Part shown: positions 1-10,683 of the stretch, piece by piece
Position numbering within the stretch: position 1 is the stretch's first letter
How the letters are laid out: every line of letters starts with the position of its first letter
Made by a program: the position numbers and the translations under genes
Notes under the pieces: generated by a model
Told to the model about the DNA's origin: nothing
Databases searched by the model: none
What the model saw: the letters and a program-made list of their open reading frames with translations, nothing else
Source of the DNA: Girardia tigrina
Lineage: Eukaryota
Assembly: GCA_001938485.1 (NCBI GenBank)
Contig: MQRK01245702.1
Coordinates: 1-50,786 of the forward strand
Length of the DNA: 50,786 nucleotides
Reading direction: 5' to 3'

Positions 1-213
1 TCATCAAACTCCACGATATTAGAATCCACTTTCTCATAAATTGGAATTAAATCCTTTGAAATAAAAGCCTTCACCATAATTCCTTTGAGATTAGGGTCGG
101 TGCCGGAAACTTCAAAAAAATCTTCCGCATTCTTCGATGAATTCTTCAAGATTATCTTCTCCATTGTATGTATCGGGAACCAGATTCTTCCAATAACTGA
201 ACGTGGTCGCCAT
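1..213 (-). mobile_element. Gag-like N-terminus of an LTR retrotransposon (Ty3/gypsy-like), one frameshift
   Basis: From the ATG at 213 it reads MATTFSYWKNLVPDTYNGEDNLEEFIEECGRFF. Removing one base from the T7 run (114-120) continues EVSGTDPNLKGIMVKAFISKDLIPIYEKVDSNIVEFD off the window edge. The P-x-x-Y-x-G...EEFIEE...FF pattern resembles gypsy capsid N-termini. Confidence 0.5.
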
Positions 214-366
214 GTTAGTTTTTAATAAGAATTNNNNNNNNNNNNNNNNNNNNNNNNNNNNNNNNNNNNNNNNNNNNNNNNNNNNNNNNNNNNNNNGAGA
301 ATTAATGATGAAATAATTGGAACCACATTTAAATAATTTTATATAAATTAATATTTATTTGAATGA

Positions 367-1301
367 TTATAATTTTGAATAATAATTTAATAATACTAAT
401 ATTCTTCCTAACAATAGTGTTGTGTCGTTCACAATGTTATAATCTGACCACTTTATCTGAGGTCTGAGCGGCTTAAACCCGTGATACAGTGTGACCACGT
501 GGCCGGTTGTGCGGGTGATGTGATCCAGTGTTAGTGAAATTGTTTCATTAATGTTGACTGTCTCGTAAAGGTGAGTGTCGCCCGTGACGGTGATACGTAT
601 GTCCCGTGACTCTTGTTCCTGATTGGGGTAGAGTATGTTGGTTGTGTTCGTGTTGTGTTCTCCGAGAGCTGCGTAGTCTTTGTGTGGTGGGGAAGTTTCA
701 CTTAAGATGTTGTGTCTTTTTGTAAGATTCAATACACATTTACGAAAAATAATTTAAAAAGTTTTAATAAGACCATTAATGTGGCGCAGCAAAATATAGA
801 CATAAAATCATGATATTAATGAAATGAAAGATAACATGAGACGAGTGGAAAGTGGTATGAGATAAGATGCATCCACCGATTAAATGACAGAAACACGTGG
901 ATAAGAAAGTGGGTAGACAAAAATTTACGTGTCTGACTTGCTCAGCTTCGCTAACAGCTCCCCATAGCGACGAATCATTTGAGATCGGTCTGCGATTGTG
1001 GTGAAAGATCCCACATCTGACACCAATTTGGCGTGTGCAATTTGCACCACCAACTTCCGTCGTTGGAACGGGAAGAAAAAACAAATAGAACGAGTGTTAA
1101 ATATATTGATACATGACATGAGAATACGAACCGAATCGGCAAAATAGGGACATCTATCGGCATGATCATTGAATTGAATACTCGTGTATTGTTTGGGGAT
1201 ATTTGATTTGACGACTGAGTGTTTGCTGAAGTTTCTGGCTGTGCTTTTGATTTTGGTCGTGGTGGATTCCGTATCTCTTATTATTTTGAATTTGTTTGCC
1301 A
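367..1301 (-). CDS. Candidate two-exon fragment of an unidentified protein-coding gene (exons ~1301-929 and 715-~400)
   Basis: ORFs 925..1302 and 367..732 join in frame through a GT(928)...AG(716) phase-2 intron, giving ...KLSKSDT|HNILSE.... GC is higher than in the flanks. The acceptor lacks a strong pyrimidine tract and no family was recognised. Confidence 0.35.
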
Positions 1302-1749
1302 CTTTGTTTAGTAAAACAAAAACATTAATTTTTGTTTATTCCTTTAATTTGTTGAATTTTTATTTATAATGATTTTGTTTAACACCACAGTCCATCATAA
1401 GGAAATAGACTTTTCTGCAGATAATCAATGTATTTTTTTACATTATCGCCTGCTTACCTGTAAAATGCACTAATTATAAAAATCAAATTAAGAATAAATT
1501 ATAAACGAAATTCATGATAAATATGCTTATTAGGTTAGTCGTTTCTATAAAAAGGTGATTAAATTGAATAATAACCAAAGATAATGAAATTCAAAAAAAT
1601 ATTTTTATCATTTTCTGTTTATTTAAGCAAGATTTTATTATTTTTAAGAAAACACATTTTATTTGATTTTTTAAAAAAAACAAGTAAACCAATTAAACAA
1701 TGATTGCTTTTAGGATAATTTCAAAGAAAACGGATCAATTTGTTGGCTT

Positions 1750-2061
1750 AATGGAACGATAAACCAAAGAAAGAAGTTGAAAATCTAAGTATTTTGGATT
1801 TAATACAATATTTATAAAAAAATTTATCCTTCAATTTCTTTGGCACTTATTCTTCCAACAACTACTTGTACAATAAAAAGGTCTTTCAGCACCCTACGTA
1901 CGGTTAAAATTTGGTTGATATTGTCTATGGAAGAGAGCACGCTGGATGCCCTTTGCATGATGAGTGTCCATCATTATGTAATAGTAGAAATGAATGAACA
2001 ATTCTTTGAACAAGTTCTTGATCCTTTTGATGAAAAAATTGCAATTCATTTTTTCGAATAA
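1750..2061 (+). mobile_element. hAT transposase C-terminal dimerisation-domain remnant
   Basis: LALILPTTTCTIKRSFSTLRTVKIWLILSMEESTLDALCMMSVH matches the hAT consensus LP.TT...ERSFS.LR..K.WLR..M...RL..L..M.VH. Confidence 0.75.
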
Positions 2062-2272
2062 TAAATAATCTTTTAAATGTTAAATAATTTATCTTTCATT
2101 TTGTTTTTTATTTACGTTTGGATTTAGTAATTGATTCCTATTTTTATAAATTTGAGAATTACGTAAAAAATGGTTAATTATTATTAAGTACATGAAAAGT
2201 ATATGATTTTTTCGTCATTAAAATGGAAAAAATCTTGCAGGCGCCCATGATAATAAAATAAACAGAAGACAT

Positions 2273-2680
2273 GAATTCTCTGCAATGTTTGCACAGTTCC
2301 ACCAATTACATGTATATTGGTACATGCGATCCAAACACAATTCTAACGGAGTTAGAGATTTGTTGCCAAGCATGCTTTGGATTCTGAGGTAGGGCATAAC
2401 TTTAAACCAATATACATGTAATGGGTGTAACGCCAATAAATTGGAGAGACTTCCCATCACCTCTGAAATAGAATCTAGGAACACCATCGTTAGGCAGGTA
2501 GAAGTAACATTGCAGGACATATACGACATTGTAAAGGAGACATAAAACTTTAAAATTCTGTGTACTCAATTTAAGAATTATCGGGAGAGAGTGACATGTG
2601 AAGCGTTATGAAATATCTTAGGATCTTAAAATTTACATTCAAGGAGCATTCTCTGCAAGTTTTTTGGGTGTTTTACATTA
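2273..2680 (+). mobile_element. Penelope-like element GIY-YIG endonuclease remnant, preceded by an inverted copy of its start
   Basis: Frameshifted reading NQYTCNGCNAN/IGETSHHL*NRI*EHHR*AGRSNIAGHIRHCKG...NFKILCTQFKNYRERVTCEAL. 2273-2321 is a diverged reverse complement of 2406-2453. 2548-2680 is homologous to 44838-44965. Confidence 0.7.
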
Positions 2681-3986
2681 TTATTCGCTTTAATATAGAA
2701 AACATTCGTTTTTATATAGAAATTATTGTTTTTCATATAAAAATTAATTTTTTTTACAAAAAGGTAAGTGTAAATTTAAGTATAGAAATATTAATTTCTT
2801 AAAAAATTAATGCTTTTTTTGAAAAGGTATAATAGTATTTTTTAGAACACTTTGCAATTTTCATTTAAAGAGAGTAATTTATAAATTTTAATTTCAATAT
2901 TTCAATTTTATCAAATATCTCCAATAATTAATGATTCAATTAATAATTGGAGCATCTGATAATGATGAAAAGTTAAATTTCATCTCATTTTACTAACATA
3001 GGAGAACTTATTTTGACAGCTTATGAAAGTGAACAGTTTCAATAAATGTTTTCACATGTTTTTGTCTTTTTATGTAGTCTAATGTTTTTCTTTGTGTTTA
3101 TTTGTAAGGAATTTTTTATTTGTATCATAAGATTTATTATAGAAATATCGATCAAAAATAAAAAATACAGACTAAAAATACTTCTTTTTATTATTAAAAT
3201 AATTATTACATAATTTAAACACTTCATATATGGACAACCGGATATCATGTGTTCACTTTAAAATCATAAATCTGCGGGTAGCAAAAAATTCCATTTCACT
3301 GAGTTTAACGTAATACGTATTTTATTTTCAAGTTGGACTATTATGGGCCTTTATAAACTATAAATCAAATAAATTTAAATACTTTTATTGTTTTATACTA
3401 TTATATTTATAAATCTCTTATATTTTTTATTATTTTTAGTAGTTTTTTATAACTTAATGTAGTACTATATTTAAAAATATTATTACAAAAAATATAAGAA
3501 TAAATTTACTCATAAAATTAAAAAAACAGAGAAAAATAATTTTTAATAAAATACTATATGTTGGCTAAATTTATTTTTCAATATTTTAATTAATATTTTT
3601 AAATTTTTAGAATAAATATCAAGTCACAATATCACAATGGGAAAAAATGTATTTATTATGTAATCAACGACTTCACTGACTTATTTTAGAAATTATTCGA
3701 CTTAATTTAGGAAATATTTGTACAATGATTTCAGAATGAAATAATGTTTAATAATTTGTTTCATATTTTTTTTAGATATACTGAATATATTTTATAAAAA
3801 AATTTTTATATTTGAAATTGAATAATTTTTTGGAGTTTAATTTATTTTTAATTTAAAAATATACAAAAAATAAGTCGGAGGTATTTATAACGTAACCAAG
3901 AGAGGTATTTTTATATAAAATTAGGATACTTAAAAAACATTTAAATTATTTTTCCTGGAATGCTGATAATTTTTTATATATTGTCA

Positions 3987-4531
3987 TATATATTATAAAA
4001 GCCCAAGTCACTCACTGCTTCACTAACGCTGACGTAATCAAGCGAGATAAAAAAAACCCGAGTGTGTCGGGTAGTATATATATCCGTTATAAATAACCGA
4101 TACACTGCACACACAACACACACATCACTATTTGCTATCATTTTATATACCAATTCGAATATTTTATTTAATTTTGATTGTGGAAGAACCCCGAATGAGG
4201 TAGTAATTGCCGTTTCATTGTCTTTATTATTTTTATTTTGTCTGTTTCATTAATTTCATTCTTTTATTTTATTGAATTAATTACGTTAATTGCGGCAATT
4301 CTGTTATATAACTTTATAAGTTTAATATATGTATTCCAATCAGTTCTTCTCTCNNNNNNNNNNNNNNNNNNNNNNNNNNNNNNNNNNNNNNNNNNNNNNN
4401 NNNCATTTCAAAAATTTACCTTACAGCGTTAGTGAGGCAGTGAGGCAGGCAGTGAGTTACTTGGGCTTTTATAATATAAAAAAATTGAACCCCTGGCAAG
4501 AGAGGGCCGCGAAGCGGGCCGAGCGCGCTAG
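3987..4531 (+). mobile_element. Non-autonomous Helitron
   Basis: 3' hairpin ggccgcgaagcgggcc then CTAG|T at 4528-4532; 5' tatatattataaaagccc. Inserted at A|T with no TSD into a repeat whose uninterrupted copies are at ~6990-7070 (reverse) and ~9725-9807. Contains an N gap. Confidence 0.7.
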
Positions 4532-4634
4532 TATTTTTATATTTGTTCGGGCCTGTACGGCAGTATACCCATAAAAACTAAATAAATTCTGTATAAAAAC
4601 GAATATTTTCTATATAGATGCGAATAAGAGTGTA

Positions 4635-4770
4635 AATGATGTACTGATGGCGATATAATCATTAACTTCACTATATAAATAATTTTCGTTTGTTAAAAAT
4701 AATTTGATCTGATTATGACGGTTAAACCATCAAAACTGATAAACTTTAATTGCCTTCAAAATTTTGTGTT
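4635..4770 (+). mobile_element. Penelope-like 3' UTR/pLTR fragment with a decayed hammerhead motif
   Basis: Homologous to 44967-45108 (aaatgatgtactgat...atcattaact.cactatataa...tgacggttaaac). The core is mutated to CTGATTA...AAAA at 4709-4735. Confidence 0.6.
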
Positions 4771-5959
4771 TGATAAATTGACACTTTGACTTAAATTTAT
4801 TCTTAAATATGCATGTATATTATCATTTATCTTTTCATTTTGATTTTATATTTAAATTAAAATAAATATTATATAGATTACTATCTTTAAATTCAGCCAG
4901 TAATATTCAAAATCAAACGGAAATAATTAAAATTAATTACTGATATTAAAGAAATAATTGGTTATTCATAATTAGATCACATTATTTTGAACAATTTTTT
5001 GTTCGTCCTCTACAAATTCCATAAAATAAAATTTCATATTACGGAAATAAAGCCTATAACTTAATATTTTAAATGTCAAATGGCCTTTATTTTAACAAAA
5101 CAAGCTTTTAATATTTTTTTTGAAATTTTCTGAGTACACTTGAGATTAAAATAGTAGTACAATAAAACTATGATTTACCAGCATTCTTTTAACGTACAGT
5201 TTCTGTTAACCGAAGATAAAATAAAAAAAATACAACACAAACAAATTGAATGACATCATCAAAATTGTACTTCGGGTTTTGGCGTAATGCAGTTTCCGCA
5301 TATATCTTTCTACTCACTTAGCCGACGAAGTATGGATGACAAGGATGTCAGTTAATGGAAGTATATTGTATTTCCTATTTCAAATTTGAAATTTCCTAAT
5401 TTAAATTAAAATACATCGAATATTTCTAAATAAGAAATCATTCGCTGTTATTAGTTTTTTAAATTTAAAAAATATTAAATTAGCAAAATTAAATTAGTGC
5501 TATTTTCAATATTTCATTTCTTTAATTTTCATGAAAATTTTAGACAGTATAAAATTTCTTGAAAGATAATTTTTAAATTAATTAAAAAACAAAACGACAA
5601 AAAATACTTCTTATTTTATTTAAAACATAAATTAATTAAAAAAGTTAAATAAATTATAAATTTCCTTACTATTAATTATTTTCTACATGAAACAACCATT
5701 ATTTTGCTCACTAAGAATTAAGAAAAAGGATTTAAACAAAATGACTTAAAAATGTTACTTATATTTTATGAAAATAAAGTCATGTAAAAATTTAAATTAA
5801 TAATAAAATTTTTAGTTCTAAATTATTTCAAACTAAAACAAATAGCTTTTTTGTTCCCCCCCAAAAAAAATAAAAATATTGTTTAAATACACCGTTTTAT
5901 TGATAATAATTTCAACACATTTAAAACTTGATTAAATTAGTAACTGAAAAACCAACTTA

Positions 5960-6034
5960 ATGGCCGATGTTTGGAAAAGTCAACCGAGAAAGTATTGTGA
6001 AATGTGTAAGTGTTGGCTTGCCGATAACAAAGTG
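5960..6034 (+). CDS. WBP4: WW domain-binding protein 4 (FBP21), exon 1; start of the U1/matrin-type Zn finger
   Basis: MADVWKSQPRKYCEMCKCWLADNKV, against human MADYWKSQPKKFCDYCKCWIADNRP. Donor GTATGT at 6035, phase 0. Confidence 0.92.
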
Positions 6035-6141
6035 GTATGTATTTTTGCAATTGTTTTGGCGCGTAAATTTTTTTTATTTGACTAATGAACGGTGATAATT
6101 ATTTTTTTGTGTTTTTGCGCTGCGTCTTGTGGTGATAATAG

Positions 6142-6276
6142 AGCAGGGAGTTCCATGAAGAAGGCAGTCGACACAAGGCGGCAGTGCAGAAGAAAATCAG
6201 TGAATTACACCACAAAGAGAGCGAGAAATTGAAAGCGGAACGTGATATGAAAAATACGATGGAATTATTGAATGCT
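6142..6276 (+). CDS. WBP4: WBP4 exon 2
   Basis: Acceptor AG at 6140-6141. SREFHEEGSRHKAAVQKKISELHHKESEKLKAERDMKNTMELLNA, against human SVEFHERGKNHKENVAKRISEI. Donor GTAAGT at 6277, phase 0. Confidence 0.92.
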
Positions 6277-6533
6277 GTAAGTGTGTTGGATCGGCGTGTT
6301 AATAATTTTAATTATTTTTTTTATTTTATATCAAAAAACATTGTTTTTTTAAATAAAATATTTATTTCTATAAATTCTCAAAATCAAATAAATTAATAAA
6401 TTTTAATAACAGAAAATTAATTTTCATGATAGAGAAAAATATTCTAAATTTTAATTAATTAGAATTTCTTTTAATAATTAAAAAATATTTAATAAATTCA
6501 ATTCATATAAAAAACCTTTCAAATGTTCTGAAA

Positions 6534-6774
6534 GGAACGACTTCCAATCTGTCCTCCATCGCAGAAATTACACAATAAAAATTAATAGCTTACATTTTTC
6601 TAAGATTTTTGACATTATAATAATTTAAATTATTTAGCTAATAATTTATTTAATTAATATATTTCATAATTATTAATTAATTTATTTACTTATTTATTTT
6701 CTGAATTATTTATTCGGTCGAATAATTATGAATTATAAATTTTTATGAATGGGAAACAAATCGGAAGTCGATCC
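6534..6774. mobile_element. MITE with GG-terminated TIRs (second copy at ~16775-16948)
   Basis: Imperfect inverted ends ggaacgacttccaatctgt / acaaatcggaagtcgatcc. Internal sequence is shared in reverse with 16775-16948. No clear TSD. Confidence 0.55.
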
Positions 6775-7770
6775 ATTATTTATTTTTAATTAAAAATAAT
6801 ATTATTTTATTATTTAATAATAATAATAAACCAAATAATTAATAATAAAACTAAATGGATTTTTATTTTATTCAAAATATTTCGAAATTTAATTAGTTAG
6901 AATATTTTTTATTTTTTCATTAATTTCGAAAAATATTTTAAATAATTAGAATTTATTTATTTAATAATTAAAAAAAATTAATCAATTTGGTGTATTACCG
7001 TACGGGCCCGAGCAAAAATAAAAATGACAATATATAAAAAAATATCTGTATTTCAGGAAAAAAATAATTTTAAAATTTTAAACAATTTATTTAAAATTTT
7101 TAAAATTTATTTCAATGGAAAAGATATTGATTATATTGATTACCTAATCACTGGCTTCTCTGACTTATTTTCTGTTTATTTTTAAATTAAACTTGTTTTT
7201 GTCTCATTTTTCAAAATTATTTAATATTTTTTTCCTTACTTTGCATAGAAAAATAAACTGAAAATAATTAAAAAAAAAACAGAAAATCAAAAAATTATTC
7301 AATTAATAATTTTATATATAAAATATATTAAGAATACCTAAAAAAATATGAAACAAATTATAAAACGGTACGACTGTTATACTGCCCCCACATATTATGT
7401 AATCCGTGCAGATTTATTCTTTAAAATTAATTATTTATTTAATTACTTTATTTAATAAATTAATAATAATTAATTAAATTAATTAATTATTTGTTTTATT
7501 AATTTAATTTAATAATTAATTTATTCTTTAAGATTAATTATTTATTTAATAAATTAATAATAATTAATTTAATTTATTTTAATTAAATTCATTGAATAAA
7601 TAAATTAGTGAATCAATAAATCAATTATTACATAAATGAATAAAAAGTAAATAAAGTAAAGAATAAATTATTTAATTTATTATTTATTTTATTAAATAAA
7701 TTATTAAATTTGTTTTGATTGAATTTCAATCAAGTAATAATTAATTATTTCATTTTTATTAATTAATTAA

Positions 7771-9469
7771 CCACTTCTGTGGTCAACCTCTTGGAAAAAA
7801 GTAGGTCAAAAAAAGCCACCCTTTTTTTTTCACTATTATGTTTTTTTATTATATTTTGAAATATAATAAATCGGTATAAAACATAAATAAACAATATTAG
7901 TAGAGAAAAAAAAAATCAAAGGACAAAGGCAAAAAAAATGTTTCATTTTCATCAAACATATTTTATTTGAATCAAACATTACCTAAAAACTGAAACTTAC
8001 ATAAAAAATTAGTATTCTTTTTTTGTAAGGAATATTTTGAAACATTCCAGACATAACCCTACATTACAATCAGTGCAGTAGGTTCGGGTTTCTCTTCTTA
8101 TTTTTTGCCCTTCGCGTCCTTCCGCGAGCAACAAACTTTGCACTCTCTGGTAGGTTTATCTCTTTTCGCCGTTGGGGGTATGTATTCCAAAAAATGCCTT
8201 TCCAATAATCGCGATGTCGGTGGTGTGTATGATTGACGTCCAAGATATTCTTCTGTTNNNNNNNNNNNNNNNNNNNNNNNNNNNNNNNNNNNNNNNNNNN
8301 NNNNNNNNNNNNNNNNNNNNNNNNCCCCCCGCTTCGTATAAATAACGTAAGAATTCCATATCGTTTGATCTAATAAATGCAAAAATATTTTATAATAAAA
8401 CTTTTTCCCACGCTTTTTTATTATCGGATAATTTGTTAGATGTTGGTGTAAAAATAGACTCAAATAGTAAACAGAATGCGTCTATTTTTACTACAAAATT
8501 AATTATAGACAGAGCAAAATAATGATCAAGTCTTAACAATAACACTTTAAATAAAAACTAATGAAAAATAACCTTTATTCAGACATAAAGAACATAAATA
8601 AACTTTTCCAAATCACACGGTTATTAATTATACTTCTGTTAATTAATCCGTCAATTTTTTTTATTGATTTCTTTTTTTGGCATAGAATAATTATTATAAA
8701 TAAATAATTCACATATTCTTCTTCAAATAGTTTTTTTACGAGCCCAGTCGGTTTTGTTGGAGTAAACTTTCAGTAAACAATCAACAACGAAATCGTTCGT
8801 TTTGTTTGTTAATAAAATATTGTTTTCAGTTGATTCTGTTTAACTTTCTTTTCTTGAAGAGGATGTGTTTGATTAATATGAAACTTGTTTACTGTCTTTT
8901 TTAAATTGATGCAACGTTTTTTGGAAGTACGAATTGTTGTCTCTGAGTCTTCTTAATAACGATAAGATTTTTCAAACAAAACAACAAACGAACACCAACA
9001 CCCACACTTCACCAAATACAAAAGGTACCAAAATACACAGGACTCCCTATGTAAAAAGAAAAACCAATCACATACACACATAACCAAAAAAAAAGAATCA
9101 GTAGGGCACTACAGTTGGTCAACCCTGTCTACACCACCCATTGAATTATTATAATCTTTGATTACTCTGGGTATTTTTTTGTTGTTCTTCTTTCTATATC
9201 TATAAATTCTGCATTATGAATGGTTGATAACAAGGTAATATCTTTTTTGTCTTTCCACTTCATAATACAGACTTTTCTTCTCTGGTATACTATTATTTCT
9301 CCTTTCTTTAGTTTTTTATTTTTAAATTCTTTTGGAACCTCTTTTTTATTCAATCGCATTGAATCACTATAAAAAGTTTCGTGTATGATTTGCCCGAATC
9401 CAGTTCGGGTAAATCACTGTGTCAGCAAAATACCTACCCGAACTGGATTCGGGCAAATCACAGAAGTGG
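7771..9469 (-). mobile_element. piggyBac internal-deletion derivative (pseudogenised transposase)
   Basis: TTAA at 7767-7770 and 9470-9473; TIR ccacttctgtg/cacagaagtgg. Transposase pieces KWKDKKDITLLSTIH, YNNSMGGVDRVDQ|HLTNY...KIFLHLLDQ..WNSY and the Cys-rich tail CKVC...C.DC...LC..C. Confidence 0.9.
8447..9113. mobile_element. Solo LTR inserted in the piggyBac transposase
   Basis: Starts TGTA and ends TACA, flanked by a perfect 5-bp TSD GTTGG (8442-8446, 9114-9118). Removing it restores GGVDRVDQHLTNY. Confidence 0.85.
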
Positions 9470-10254
9470 TTAACATCCATTCCACCAGTTATTCCCCTAA
9501 TTCGAAACGAAATAATACAATCTATACAGATTACACAATATATGCGGGGCAGTATAACATTCGTTCCTATAAAACATTTATTTAATTCTGAAATCATGGT
9601 ACAAAAATTAACTATTATAAGCCGAATAATTTCTAAAATAAGTCAGCGAAGCCAGATATTCCGTAATCAATAAATCTGCTTCTTTTGAGATTTTGTGACT
9701 CAAAAAACATTTTATATAATTTTTAAATTATTTTCCTGTAATGCCGATAATTTTTTATATATTGTCGCATGCTTATATTTGCTCGGGCCCGTACGGAAAT
9801 ATAACCCAAATTAATAATTTTCAATAGCAGAAAATTGATTTTCATTCTAGAAAGAATATTCTAAATTTTAATTAATTAGAATTTATTTTAATAATTAAAA
9901 AAATATTTAATAAACTATCGGAATCGTTTATGTGTTCAACCAAAATAGTGTCGCTTCATTCCAGAAAACAACTCAATGCCAATTTCCGCAATCCACATGG
10001 AACTTACCCAACCGTCGCAATGAAACAATTTTGATAAAAAAATTTAAATTTAAATGAAGCGTTTAATTGTTTTAGTCGATGAATGTGAAGTATTGGTGTG
10101 CGTATTGGTCCCTAATGATTGTTTCTTAATGCTGATTTATTTCACAATCTTTATTAGACGACATATCATGTTCCGCGTTCAAGTTCAAAGGTCCAGTACG
10201 TCTTTCTGTTTCTTCTCTTTGTACTGCTTGTGTGTTCATAGTACCATTACCTTG

Positions 10255-10430
10255 GATTCGATGATCAATTAATAAATGCCGTTGCGGCCATCCATTAGTT
10301 TTATAACTGTTGTGGCAGTTCTCCATGGGACATGAATGTGCCTCCTGCGCCGTGGCCAGATGCGCATTCTCTAATATGTCTTGTGAATTCCTTCTGCTCA
10401 GTAAATTCTTTAAAGCAAGAAGGGAATATC
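10255..10430 (-). mobile_element. Tandem Zn-finger remnant, possibly the N-terminus of an RLE-type (R2/NeSL/CRE-like) non-LTR retrotransposon
   Basis: (F)PSCFKEFTEQKEFTRHIREC is CCHC-like with the first Cys lost. After a frameshift comes CPMENCHNSYKTNGWPQRHLLIDH (C-x4-C-x12-H-x4-H). No RT is visible. Confidence 0.4.
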
Positions 10431-10683
10431 CCTATAATACAAAAACAAAGGCTACATTCCTCGACCGCCCTTCTAAAGACTGTAGAAGATGAGAACAATC
10501 AATATTTTTCGAATAAATGTCATGGTTGAATTCCGGCCTTTAACGGGTTACTTTCTGAATAAAAGTAAATCGATATCGGTGTTCAATAGCAATTACTTTT
10601 AAATGAATTTCAATAGTTCTATTAATCGATAAAGCGAATTTTCCGTTATAAAAAGGATTTCATTTTTCGATCGATCCATTCAG

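Larger units (their letters stand above)
6988..9807. mobile_element. Long-TIR (Mutator-like/foldback) non-autonomous element in WBP4 intron 2
   Basis: 6988-7085 (ggtgtattaccgtacgggcccgagc...) is the reverse complement of ~9705-9807, and 7365-7415 of ~9520-9572. Possible decayed 9-bp TSD taatcaatt/aaattaata. A further end copy lies at ~3940-4570. Confidence 0.6.

Noticed and set aside
7415-7770. Palindrome-rich ttaattaa/aataaatt tract
   Set aside because: Low-complexity A/T sequence in which short inverted repeats are expected by chance.
8098-8463. ORF-track start MSLFLH for the piggyBac fragment
   Set aside because: The first residues come from the inserted solo LTR; the true upstream sequence resumes at 9114.
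9367-9673. Three overlapping ORFs on both strands
   Set aside because: They lie over the piggyBac terminal hairpin and the foldback TIR; the openness comes from GC-rich repeats, not coding.
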